This document shows positions 12,120 to 27,389 of a DNA stretch of 64,000 bases, piece by piece. The notes beneath the pieces were generated by a model. That model was not told where the DNA came from, made no database searches, and saw only the letters and a program-made list of their open reading frames with translations. Each line of letters starts with the position of its first letter. The first letter of the stretch is position 1. The translations under genes were made by a program, and so were the position numbers. The stretch covers positions 100,750,001 through 100,814,000 of the forward strand of contig OZ024745.1 of NCBI GenBank assembly GCA_964016885.1, read 5' to 3'. The stretch is from Eledone cirrhosa (taxonomy: Eukaryota).

Positions 12120-12170
12120 AGCTTCCTGAAGATTTCATCTGAATGAAACAGTACTAGTCCTGTAGAAGCT
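12120..12170 (+). ncRNA. Type I hammerhead ribozyme
   Basis: agcttc-CTGAAGA-t-ttc(atct)gaa-t-GAA-ACAG(tactagtc)CTGT-A^gaagct. Covaries with the 63858 copy. Confidence 0.85.
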
Positions 12171-12253
12171 CCTTCTATACAATAAATATATTTTACTCTG
12201 CCATGTATTGAGTACCTTACTTACTGTGGTTATCCCCGACTCAACCCGGGACC

Positions 12254-12294
<41 letters not shown>

Positions 12295-12477
12295 TCATGT
12301 TGTATTTTAACCTGTATTTTTGATTTTTGATTGTACCTTTTATTATGAATGTAATCTCGAAGTGTGTACTGCCACTCTAAATGCTGTAATGAATGTTGAC
12401 CCACAATATTTGCATATGTATCGGTATGTCTCTTGGCTGAAAAAGGAGGTCATATAACTGTCCATTCATTAATAAAT

Positions 12478-12524
12478 TGCTCCGAAGAAACCAAACCTCG
12501 GTTTGGAGGAAACAGCTGTAAGCA
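12478..12524 (+). ncRNA. Degenerate type I hammerhead (U4C)
   Basis: tgct-CCGAAGA-aa-ccaaac(ctcg)gtttgg-ag-GAA-ACAGCTGT-A^agca. Confidence 0.6.
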
Positions 12525-12562
12525 CAATAATGTTTTGAACAGTTCTTTGATTCTTATATTTC

Positions 12563-12619
<57 letters not shown>

Positions 12620-12705
12620 AGTTGTATTTAATTTGTTGGAAGTCCGACAAACATAAAAGTTTATAACTGGTCTACACCTCTCGCCCGGTTACTGGAGTAA
12701 ATATT

Positions 12706-12972
12706 CCATGATATTAAATAAATGGAAACTATATTTATAAAACCATATTTATTTTTATATATATATTTCAAGGGCAACCAAGACAACATTGAGTATCCAG
12801 TGAATTTCCAACCGATAAGGTAGAATTTTCATTGGTACGTCTCTATTTATAAAACAAACTTTGTATTTTATCTGATGAAAGCGCACCGATGTTGTCTTGG
12901 TTGCCCTTGAAATATATATAATAACATAAATATGGTTTTATAAATATAGTTTCCATTTATTTAATATCATGG
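12706..12972. repeat. Inverted repeat (84-bp arms) abutting (TA)n
   Basis: 12706-12789 versus 12889-12972. A CTGATGA at 12872 is cut off by the right arm. Confidence 0.85.
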
Positions 12973-13249
12973 TATATATATATATATATATATATACTTT
13001 TTCTCAACCTGATTAGTTCTATCGTTGCTCTGGTATATATTGTGTGTCAGTTTAGCCTACCACAATGTTCGATTTGTCAAGCTATTTAAACGTATGTTAT
13101 TACTCTAAGGTCCTATCTTATCGAGTGCTTTGCTAACTCATCATTTCATATAAGTAGGCCGAATTCACTTGCAAACCGCCAGAGATTCGATTTTACTGAT
13201 TTCCAATTATATATATATATTTATAGGCGACAGTATATATACACACACA

Positions 13250-13894
13250 CAGAGTGTCCCCACAAAAATGTAAACACACTTTGATTACCTGTACAGGCAA
13301 TATTTATTAGAATGCGCAGCCTTTCCCCAAAATAAAATGATTTATACATAATGTAAATATCCAAAATGTTTACATAATTTAAATAATTGTTTCTACTTTT
13401 GGCACAAAGCCATCAATTACCCCAGTACATTACTGGTTCTTTATTTTATCGACCCAGTAAGGATGAAAGGCAAAGCTAACCTCGGCAGGATTTGAACTCA
13501 GACCGTAAAGGGCCATAACTCTATGCTGTCTGGCGTCCGGCCCTCTCCCAATACTGCCAATCCACTGCCTTATATAATTTAAATAATTGTTTCTACTATA
13601 GGCACAAGGCCTGCAATTAGGGAGAGAGGAAAATCGATTAAATCGACCCCAGTGTGTTACTGGTACTTTATTTTATCGACCTCGTAAGGATGAAAGGCAA
13701 AGCTAACCTCGGCGGGATTTCAACTCAGAACGTAAAGGGCCATAACTCTATACTGCAATGCATGGCGTCTGACGCTCTACCAATACTGCCAATCCACCGC
13801 CCTTTTAAATAATGCATATAATGCATATAAAACAGAATTTATTTTAATGCAGTTTTTAAAGGTTTTGTTGCCTATACATTTTTGGGACACCCTG
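13250..13894. mobile_element. Tc1/mariner-type MITE interrupted by two minus-strand SINEs (13383-13570, 13583-13802)
   Basis: TIRs cagagtgtccccacaaaaatgta / tacatttttgggacaccctg, followed by TA. Confidence 0.7.
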
Positions 13895-13919
13895 TAAATT
13901 AGCTGTGTAGTTACAATGA

Positions 13920-15115
13920 TGATTGTTTCTAATTTAGGCACAAGGCCAGCAAATACCCAGTGCATTACTGGTACTTTATTTTATCGACCCCGTAAGGATG
14001 AAAGGCAAAGTCAACCTCGGCGGGATTTGAACTCAGATCGTAAAGGGACGTAACTATGCTGGAAAGCATTGCGTCCGACCCTCTACCGATACTGCCAATC
14101 CACCAACCTTTAGTTACAATGATAATATCATTAAATAACACGTGGGGCAAATATAAGAAACAGAAAAAAGCAGAGGAGACAAGTACATGGACAAATCCTG
14201 CTCAAAGGCTGTGTACCTTGGATCATTATAGTTTCGGTTACTTTATAAGGCCGACCTATTTACCACTAGTACATGAATAGAATCCACGGACCCTCCACAG
14301 ATAACTACTCGGGGTGAAAATGCAATGGATGTTGGACCAAAAAAAGCAAACAAACAAAAAAAACATATAACAGATCAAGAAGAGATATCACACCGATATG
14401 GGTGAGGAAAATTGCTATAACGAAAGCAACATAAATGTGGGTAGGTAACCGTAGTAGAAAGTAAAGAAAATGTTGAATGAATGAACATTGGATGTGCGTC
14501 ACTACTTTAGAAAAGTAATTATTTGTACTTTTGGCACAAGGCCAGCAATTATCCCAGTGCATTACTGGTACTTTACTTTACCGACCCCGTAAGGATGAAA
14601 GGTAAAGTAAACCTCGGCGGGATTTGAACTCAGTTCATAAAGGACCGTAGCTCTTTGCTGTAAAGCATGGCGTCTGACGCTCTACCGATACTGTTAATTT
14701 ACCTGAATGAAATTAATTGATACAAGTATATAAGTATATATTAATTAGACAGAAGAAGGGAGTGGTCTCATACTGATATATTTCCTACTTTAATCGACCC
14801 TTTTATCTCCTTTCTCTTTCCTCAATATTTCTTTACCATATTTTCCCCACACCCTTTTCAATTTAATATGTTTTCTCTATTTCTTTCTTTTTTCTTTCCT
14901 GAAGGAGAATGCTATTTAATCGTTAGAGGGTCGGACGCCACGCTTTGCAGCATAGAGTTACAGCTCTTTATGATCTGAGTTCAAATCCAGCCCAGGTTAA
15001 CTTTGCCTTTCATCCTTACGGCGTCGATAAAATAAAGTACCAGTCACGCACTGAGGTCGATTTAATCGACTTTCCCCTCTCCCCCAAATTGCTGGCCTTG
15101 TGTCTTTATACGAAA
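13920..15115. mobile_element. Three Nin/Deu-domain SINEs (13920-14105 -, 14518-14700 -, 14915-15115 +)
   Basis: Consensus match. Confidence 0.88.
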
Positions 15116-15674
15116 CCAATATATGATATCAACTGAATAATAGAATGAACACTATAGATAATGAACACAACCACAAGGATATGGTCCAAACGTGGAAGAG
15201 CGAAACTCCCACTATCATCGCTTCCATCTCTCTCGTCCTCTCCATCTCTCTGTATGCTGAGAAAATGGTGTCCCATGTGTTGGCCTCCCCACAGCCCCGG
15301 CGGACAGAATGGAGAAGGCGTTTCCTCGTTATTTCGAGCCCTAGAACAAAGCCCAATCAACCTCCCCCTCCACTCCCTATTCTTCTGTGACACTAGAGTC
15401 CTTGCCATCCCCTCCCTTTTCCGTTTTTTTTTTCTTTTTCTCTTCTGTCTTTATATTTTCCTATTTTACATTCAATTTTTCTCAATCTAAATTTTCTTTT
15501 TTCCTTTTTCTATTAAACTGTATTTACATGATATATTCCATAAATAACATTTTCAGTTAATGATTTATAGGAGAGACACATGGCGAAAATGATCTGACCA
15601 GGTCGACGGTCGAATTGTAAAAGAATGAGACAAAGGCTTGAAAGGAAATGGTGGGCAGGGAAGTATTAAGAACT

Positions 15675-18713
<3,039 letters not shown>

Positions 18714-18789
18714 TGTGTGTGTCACAACAGTAAGAAACAACAGTTTGATTGAAAAATTATATATATATATATATATGTTTCTATGTGTA

Positions 18790-19175
18790 GCTTGGAGATC
18801 AGAGAGTGACTCCATGTAGAGCCGCTAGTTCTCCGATTTGAGAAATCACAGCTCCGATACTATGGGCATGTGGTTAGAATGTCTCAGGAAAAAATGGTTG
18901 GGCAGATTTTACGGGCAAAACCAACCGGCAGGAGACCCAGGGGTAGACCCCGAGCAAGATGGTTGGATAAGATCCGTTAATTTGGCTGGTCACACTTTGG
19001 ATCCAGCTGTATCAGTTGGAGAAGGTTGCTTCTGACAGGACCCGCTACAAGAAGTGTTTGAGGATTCTGCTCCCACGACCCTCTCAGGAATGAGTGGGCG
19101 AAGAAGAAGAAGAAGAAGAAGAAGAAGGAGAAGAAGGAGAAGAAGGAGAAGAAGGAGAAGAAGGAGAAGGAGGAG
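18790..19175 (+). mobile_element. RTE LINE 3' end with (GAA)n/(GAAGGAGAA)n tail
   Basis: LRYYGHVVRMSQEK...RRPRGRPRARWLD-like translation; microsatellite tail typical of RTE. Confidence 0.85.
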
Positions 19176-19343
19176 GCGAAGTGGGGAGGGGAGGGAGGAA
19201 GAGAAGGTTTCCATATACACTGTCTAACAAACTTCATTCCCAAAGTATTATTCAATCTGGAGATATAACACTGGTGTAGCTCCGGGTTGAACAAAACCAT
19301 ATTGAGTTCATTATAGTCCCAAGGAAGATATTTATCAGGTGAG

Positions 19344-19388
<45 letters not shown>

Positions 19389-19454
19389 CGTGCATGTGTG
19401 TGCGTATGCGTGAATAATTTTAATCAATACAGAAACTGCGCATGTCAATACTGT

Positions 19455-20140
19455 TCATGAAGATTTAGTGCAGCTGAGATGACAGTCCGCACCTTTTGGC
19501 GGAGTCAAACACTCACATTGAATGGGCTCGACTGTATCCGAACACAAATACAAGGGCATTCGTAGAGAGACATCACGGCAACAAGAAGCTGTCCATCGAT
19601 CCCAAACTCCAGCAGAACCTTCCACAACAGGTCCCATGGAACGTGGTCATATGCCTATTCGTGGTCTACAAAACAAGCATACACCTCTTGGCAGTACTCA
19701 CACAATTTCTCGAAGACCTGCCACTGTCTGAATATTTGGTCAGCTGTGCTGCATCTGAGTGAAAACGACACTGTTCATCATCTAGCTTGGACTCGACAAT
19801 ATCTTTACATCCCTTCCCCAGACAGTTAGCATAGGCTTTACCAGGGAGGTTTACAAGGGGCTCCCTCAATAATTAGAGCAATCTCTCATGTCCCCCTTTT
19901 TGAAAGTTGGGATTATCGCTCCAGATTGTCATTCATTAGGTGCCTTTCGAGTGATCCAGTCCACCTGACACACGAGTCAACCACACAATAGCTTCTCTAT
20001 TTAAGGCTCTTAAAATCTCTGGCCGAATTGTATCCCTTACTCTAGTAACCTTACCACATCTAAACTCTTTAATTGCTCTGGAGACCTCAAATTTCGAGGG
20101 TTAGTCATCGCTCCAAGATGCACCTCATTTACATCAGAAG
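19455..20140 (-). mobile_element. RTE LINE reverse-transcriptase fragment
   Basis: LPGKAYANCL...DIVESKLDDEQCRF and AYDHVPWDLLWKVLLEFGIDGQLL motifs, frameshifted. Confidence 0.85.
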
Positions 20141-21547
20141 ATGTCACCGAGTTTAATATTTTCTCATCGACGTGAGGATGCACTTCCCGGGTGAGAGAAC
20201 ACCAGTCGGTCTACAGCTTAATCCAAAAGTCCTCCAATGTGTTAACCTTTGGCGCCTCTTCTCTCTCTGCTGCGATTTTTCGTTTGCTTGTACCACGAAA
20301 GCAAACGGGAAGCTTTCGCTCTGAACACTGTGGAGCGAAACCCAATATATCATAAATGTGGGAGAACTCCCAAACTACTAAAATGTTCGGCAAAATACGT
20401 GAATGCATGATGAAAAAGCGATTACTGGAAATCCCTGCGTGATGTGAAGCTTGATAAGCCTTTACCATAAGATTGCTGAGATATGTCAGCCATTTTGGTT
20501 TAGTCGTAACTGCGATGGATGTTGTCAAACTGTTGAATATGTTCATTTCACTATATAATTACTGTTAATATTTTTCCCTTTTTTTGTGTTTTATCCTCGT
20601 CTTTTTTAATCAATATTCTTTTAATTCTTATTTTGAACCAAGCTAGGAGAAATACCAAACAAAAGCCGATATATAATGGAAGATTCGGTGCGGCTCACCA
20701 TGAGGTATTCAACTGGTATGCATTTGTCCGTTGCGAGTTAGATCGAATAAGTATCAGAAATACGCATAATCTACAAAATAACCCTTTCTGGCGATGCACA
20801 AGCATGGCTGCTATCCAATGTCAGAAACCAGAAAGAAAAGACGAATATATTTAATGATAACTGCTATATGAATTACCAAAATAGGTTTAAGATAATTTAC
20901 AAATCTATTTCTGTATAGATATTTCAATATAAAAAATAGTATCGTAGTAAACGAAGAGATTAATATACAAAATTTAGAAATTATTTGCATTTCTTTTTTC
21001 CAGCATGAACTATTTATGTGTTCTGATATTTTCGTTTATCACTTACTTTTTCAATATTAGTTTTATGGACTATATTGCATTGATATAGTAGTATAAAAGC
21101 CGAAAGAATGGAGAAGCTTTTCGTCAGTGGTTAGCTAAGCCTGTTTCTATGAATATTTGGCAGTTGATTCCTCTCCAAGTATTACAGAGAAAAAGCTTTG
21201 CTACATCGAAATATGGTGCATCTGTGAGAGGGCAAATATCAACTACATTTTAAGAGCCATTCAACTATCAGTTATCGCTTCAAACCGTTTTTCTTGTAGA
21301 TTTATCGAATGTATACGAGATGAGAAAGCTATTGCCTGAGCCTGGCAACAGCCCCTAGAGTGGAACAAGTAAAAGGGAAAAGAAAAGTATATGAATATAA
21401 TGTATATATATGCATTTATGGACATGTATCTCCTGGTGGAGAAATAGGGGCACCGCAGTGAAATATAACGTTTCTTGAAACCTGACTGAGCCTTCGCCCT
21501 CTCCGTTCTGAGTAAAGCCGATTTCTTCCAGAAATATGTCTAATAAT

Positions 21548-21925
21548 AATAATTGTTTCTATTTAGGTACAAGGCCAGCAAATACCCAGCACATTACTGG
21601 TACTTTATTTTATCGACCCCGTAAGGATGAAAGGCAAAGTTAACCTCGGATCATAAAGGGACGTAACTCTATGCTAGAAAGCATGGCGTCCAACCCTCTA
21701 CCGATACTGCCAATCAACCACCCATGTCTAATAATAATAATGATTTCTAGTTTAGGCACAAGGCCACTAATTTGAAGGGAAGTGCAAAGTCGAATAAATC
21801 GACCCCAGTGCATTACTGGTACTTTATTTTATCGACCCCGTAAGGATGAAAGGCAAAGTTAACCTCGGCGGGATTTGAACTCAAACCATAAAGGGCCGAC
21901 GCTCTAAAGAAACTGCCAATCCACT
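21548..21925 (-). mobile_element. Two tandem SINEs (short and long subtype)
   Basis: Consensus match; atgtctaataataataat is duplicated around the first copy. Confidence 0.88.
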
Positions 21926-21971
21926 ATATGTGTGTGTATATATTGTTTATTATTTATTTAAGAAAAGTCTC

Positions 21972-22013
21972 ATGATTTCCTTCGAATGAAACAGTTCTAG
22001 TCCCGTAGAAGCT
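21972..22013 (+). ncRNA. 5'-truncated hammerhead of the 12120/63858 family
   Basis: atga-t-ttc(cttc)gaa-t-GAAACag(ttctagtc)ccGTA^gaagct; CTG and the 5' stem I strand are missing. Confidence 0.6.
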
Positions 22014-22109
22014 ATATTAAATTTTGAATGGACCTATTATTTTTACCTAAAGACATTTTTTCCAATTCCATCCCGCCCGTCCCCTTAATCTATTTTATTT
22101 CTCATTCTT

Positions 22110-22145
22110 TCTTCTGATGAAGGACTAGCGTCCGAAACGTTAAGA
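22110..22145 (+). ncRNA. Minimal type I hammerhead (extra A after A9, palindromic ACGT stem III)
   Basis: tctt-CTGATGA-a-ggac(tagc)gtcc-GAA-ACGT-T^aaga, about 90 nt upstream of a (TA)n tract. Confidence 0.85.
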
Positions 22146-22229
22146 CCCTCTTCCTGCTATATCAAGCGTTAACCTAATATATACCTTTCATATGCTGTAC
22201 CGATTGTGTTGTTATTTCTGTTTACCTTT

Positions 22230-22276
<47 letters not shown>

Positions 22277-22622
22277 CGAAGGAAATGTGGTAAGGAACCA
22301 GGTGGACCATAACGCACCAAAGTACTCAATACTTAGGGTAGTAGAGTGGGTAATAGGAACGAGTAGGACCCCGATGGCTGAGCTCAAGCCGTTTCGACGG
22401 CTAATTCTCCTAAGATAAGAATCTTAAGACTGATCTGTCGCAAGCCTAATACATGTGCTTTTGCACACGACCTTCTCAGCATTCTGGCTCATATCCATGG
22501 CGCTAGAAATAACAGCCGTAAATATGGGATTATGAATTCAGCTCTACCGAAGGAGCAGATTTATTTCAATTTAGTAGTCAAATACAATTATTAAGCTCTA
22601 AGAAAATACTTCTGAGCATTAC

Positions 22623-22989
22623 AGTACAATTTAAAAAATATGATCAACACTAATGTGTTTTTTTTGCAAAATGACAATAATTTTTTAGCCAGATAGAAAT
22701 ACCTTAATTCAAGTACATATAGTCCGCCTGTATCCATCTAGAAAATATTAAATATTAAATCTATACTTACAGACGTAAAATGGCTACTGAATTTTGAAAT
22801 TTAAACTTGTCTAGGCACCAGGCAGTTGCTATTTTACGTCTGTAAGTATAGATTTAATATTTAATATTTTCTAGATCGATACAGGCGGACTATATGTACT
22901 TGAATTAAGGTATTTCTATCTGACTAAAAAATTATTGTCACTTTGCAAAAAAAACACATTAGTGTTGATCATATTTTTTAAATTGTACT
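22623..22989. repeat. Fold-back element, 167-bp arms, ending at a (TA) tract
   Basis: 22623-22789 versus 22823-22989. Confidence 0.9.
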
Positions 22990-23054
22990 ATATATATACA
23001 TATATTTTTACATTTATGCATACACATACATATGTATACATACGCATATGTATG

Positions 23055-23120
<66 letters not shown>

Positions 23121-23419
23121 ATGGTACCAGGAACAATAGGAATAACTAGGCAGGAAGTATTGGTCAGAAGCAGAAATTTATTGCGAGTTCATTCTTTAAC
23201 TTATGTTTCAATACAATAACCGTCTACATATGCTGACTGCAAAGTATTACTTACTGCTAACTGATCCGAGGTACAAACCACTGGCACACAGACAAATTCA
23301 GAATCGAAATGTAACAGAAATTGTAATCACCCCTCTACTATATCTACCTCCCCAATTCCCCATGCATCCCCCGACCCACCCAAATCCCCAATCCACACCA
23401 TAAAGCGGCCATCCTGGAG

Positions 23420-23815
23420 CCACGACAAAAATGCACCCAGTCCACACCGTAAAGTGGTCGTGTAGGTGTCACGACAAAAAGCCCCCAGTACAAACTGTAA
23501 ATGTGGTTGGCGTTAGGAAGGGCATCCAGCCGTAGAAATCGAGCCAAAATCAGTTCTGTGTGAGTAAAATACGGTCCTCTGCGCTGGCTGTCTCACAACG
23601 GGACAACTCGTTTAGCCCATGCTAGTGTGGAAAATGGACGTTAAACGAAGATAATTGTTTCTATTTTAGGCACAAGGCCAGCCATTACCCAGTACATTAC
23701 TGGTACTTTATTTTATCGACCCCGTAAGGATGAAAGGCAAAGTCAACCTCGGCGGGATTTGAACTCAGATCGTAAAGGGACATAACTATGCTGGAAAGAA
23801 GATAATGATGATGAT
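23420..23815 (+). mobile_element. SINE with RTE-like (GAT)n tail, interrupted by a minus-strand Nin/Deu SINE (23653-23797, TSD gaagataat)
   Basis: ggttggcgttaggaagggcatccagccgtag...cccatgctagtgtggaaaatggacgttaaacg, then gatgatgat. Confidence 0.7.
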
Positions 23816-23823
23816 ATATGTAT

Positions 23824-23868
<45 letters not shown>

Positions 23869-25191
23869 ATTATGTAACCGAACACAGTTAATTACTCTCC
23901 ACCATGAACATGGACGGATGCAACCACATAAAACGCACTCAGAGTGTAAGATGATCTAAATAAAGACGCCTAGTCCATGTCTATTTAAAGCAATCTCTAA
24001 TTAGAAGCTAATGATATTGACCATTTTCCCCCTATAATCTGCTGAGAAGGGATATCTTCAACTCGACTAATGTCGTAAGTATTGAATCGAATCAGTGGTT
24101 TGAATGACATATACAAAACTGCTAATGAGATTAGAAGATATTCAGGCATAACTAAACACTTCAAGGTGTTTAGTTAAGCATAATCATTATAGAAAAAGAG
24201 TATTTTAATTTTCTTCGACAAGTTACATTTATACGTGCCGAATTGGCAGTCATAAGACCGTCGGATAGAATACATTGCGGTCGGTATTCGTTCCTCTCTC
24301 TGCGCTCTGAAGTTCAATTCCGACAGAGCTAAAATTGGCTTTTCACCCATTTGAGGTCGATAACAATGTACCAGTCCAATACTGGTGATACTTCTTCCTC
24401 TATATCTCTTTCTTAGCCTCTCTTTCACTACCTCTCTTTCACTACCTCTCTCTTTCTCTGGAGACTAGGAGAGGAGTGGTATCCACTACGTTAAAAATGC
24501 CCAAGACGATGTCCCAACGACACCGTTATGAGTTTAAAGCCCATGGACAGGAACGTGTATGTTACAATCCGTAGAATCACTACATTCGTTAGTTCATCTA
24601 ATAATCTATATAGAGATTATTGCGGTGAAGATGAGAATCGTGAATAAATTCGCATTTAGGTTTCATATAAAAAGATCCCATAACTCCTTGTGGAGACGTA
24701 GAGGCATACGGCGTATTTAGGGCACTTTTAAACCCGGCGAAGCCAAACCCTCTCCAGGTCTCAACACAGCCGATTATTTTATGGAGGAATAATCGACTCC
24801 ACTTTTGTTTTATCGACTTCGAAAGGATGAAAGGCAAAGTTGACTCCGCCGGGATTTCAAGTCAGAGAGCGCAATGACGTGATACGAATACCGTAAAGCA
24901 TTCTATCCGATATCTTAACGACTCTGCCATTTCGCCTTATGTACAACAGTAAAATAGGGTTAAGGAATATATTTGTAATGAAGTGTGTTCACAGTAGGTA
25001 AAGAGTGTTGTTGGCTACATGACATTTTATTTCGTATATGTTTTCATATCAAGAAAATGTGTAGATGTTAACAGCACACCTGTCAAGTAATACGTACTCA
25101 AGCAGCGATGCATAACATCCTTTAGGGATTAAAGTACATTTCGAATATTTTAGATAATATGGTATGGGCACGCGCGTGCGCACACACAGAC

Positions 25192-25223
<32 letters not shown>

Positions 25224-25349
25224 GTACGTATCTACATATATTCAAACATATACACATACACGTGTACACATATATGTGTCGCACACGACCACACATATAT
25301 GTATGCATATATACATGCATATATTACAAACATATACATATACACGTAT

Positions 25350-25421
<72 letters not shown>

Positions 25422-25926
25422 GAGTGTGTTTGTATCTATCAGTGGTAAATAGCACTGAGTGTGCACCGAGGCACCTGATTCAACGAATGAGTCTGACATA
25501 AGCATTACTCAAAAAGAAAAACAAAACCATACAAACTTTAGTCTATTTCTATAATAACAGCAAGTTGACCTAACATAATCTTTGTTTCCTGAGTGTCTAA
25601 TTCTATATGACGCCCTAATTTGTATCATAATACTGAAAGAACAGAATCATTGGGAAGAGATATGTTTCAGCTATTATATTTTCTTCAGATTTATACGCAA
25701 AACATCGCACAGTTATCCTGATTGTTGAGGGAATGTAACTTACCATCATAGTCCATATTTTAAAAAATAAAATTCCTCTCGTTCCATTATCTGCACAGCT
25801 GTGCTATGTGCAGTGTAATCTAAGAATAACTGTCACAAACGTTCATTATAGAATATTATATAAACATTACCCCATGATTATAGTATGAGTGAACTAGGTA
25901 CTTATGCTGAAGTTGGCATCATTCTT

Positions 25927-25966
<40 letters not shown>

Positions 25967-25999
25967 ATATATGTGTATGTATATGTATGTGTATATGTA

Positions 26000-26100
<101 letters not shown>

Positions 26101-26247
26101 ATGTATGCTTTTGTGTTTTTTTTGTGTGTGTGTTTGCATGTGTAGTTTTATTTTATTTTTCCTTTCCTTCTTCCTTCTCCGGCCTCATTTTCATATAGAT
26201 TGCATTTTTGTTTTTAAAATCCAAATTCAATAAACAGACCAGGATTT

Positions 26248-26307
26248 TTTCATTCTGAGGATTGAAAGCAAAACCTTTTGCTTTTAAGAAACCACTGGTA
26301 AATGGAA
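26248..26307 (+). ncRNA. Type I hammerhead ribozyme
   Basis: tttcatt-CTGAGGA-ttgaaagcaaaa(cc)ttttgcttttaa-GAA-ACCA(c)TGGT-A^aatggaa. Confidence 0.85.
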
Positions 26308-26493
26308 TAATTGCCTTATGTTGTTTATTACATAATAATAATTAAGCTCTGTTACCTACATAGAGCACTCTTTTTTCCTGGACTTTTCCGACGGAATTAC
26401 TTCATTCACACATATATATATATATATATCAGATGTGATTGACGTCTCAGAGAAAGGAATGATCAATACAGAATACAGGGTTATTAGGGTCAT

Positions 26494-26541
26494 CCTGTCT
26501 GATGACCCTGACATAAGGAGGCGAAACTTCAGAATAACAGG
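26494..26541 (+). ncRNA. Type I hammerhead, slightly decayed; relatives at 27388-27424 (-) and 60449-60495 (-)
   Basis: cctgt-CTGATGA-ccct..aggc-GAAACttcagaATA^acagg. The relatives give intact stem III ACTC(ca)GAGT-A. Confidence 0.7.
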
Positions 26542-26562
26542 GCTCACTATTTAGCCTTAATA

Positions 26563-26909
26563 ATAATTGTTTCTACTTTAGGCACAAGGCCAGCAATTAC
26601 CCAGTGCATTACTGGTACTTTATTTTATCGACCCCGTAAGGATGAAAGGCAAAGTCAACCTCGGCGGGATTTGAACTCAGATCGTAAAGGGACGTAACTA
26701 TGCTGGAAAGCATGGCGTCCGACCCTCTACCGATACTGCCAATCCACCAATGATTTCTAGTATAGGCAGAAGGCCAGTAATTTGGGGGAAGGGAAAGTCG
26801 ATTAAATCGACCCCAGTGCATTACTGGTTATTTATTTTATCGACCCCGTAAGCTAACCTCGGCGGGATTTGAACTCAGATAATAAAGGGCCATAACTCTA
26901 TGCTGCAAA

Positions 26910-26912
<3 letters not shown>
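26563..26912 (-). mobile_element. Two tandem SINEs (short and long subtype)
   Basis: Consensus match. Confidence 0.9.
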
Positions 26913-26974
<62 letters not shown>

Positions 26975-26977
<3 letters not shown>

Positions 26978-27205
26978 GTAAGTATGTATGTATAGTATTA
27001 TGTAAGTGCCGTACTAAGAGTGAGAAATGAAATTTCGTTTCATTCTATTCCATTTATTGTTTTCGGTGCGCCTGGCCGACTGAACTCACTCGATATGCAA
27101 ATTAGGCTGCTCAGCCGTTAATTTTCATAAGGAAACATACTTACATTTATGTAAGTGCCGTATTAAGAGTGAGAAATGAAATTTCGTTTCATTCTATTCC
27201 ATTTA
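26975..27205 (+). mobile_element. Internally deleted relative of the 8787-9185 hammerhead element, in (TA)n
   Basis: Shares aactcactc.atatgcaaattaggctgctcagccgttaattttcataaggaaa. Direct repeat about 27000-27056 / 27149-27205. Confidence 0.75.
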
Positions 27206-27313
27206 TATATATATAAATATATATATATATTGTTTGGCTGTATCGGTAGAGCGTCAGACATCAGTTCGGATCTAGCTGTCGAAACGGCCGGATCTCACCC
27301 GCCGGGGTTCTGA

Positions 27314-27389
<76 letters not shown>

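Noticed and set aside
20211-20546. 111-aa ORF as a host exon
   Set aside because: No recognisable motif, no clear splice sites, and stops in the alternative frames.
25655-25695. CTGAAGA...GAAAC on the minus strand (similar hits near 2570, 31480, 31900, 46255, 56125)
   Set aside because: Lacks stem I and II pairing or the GAAA element.
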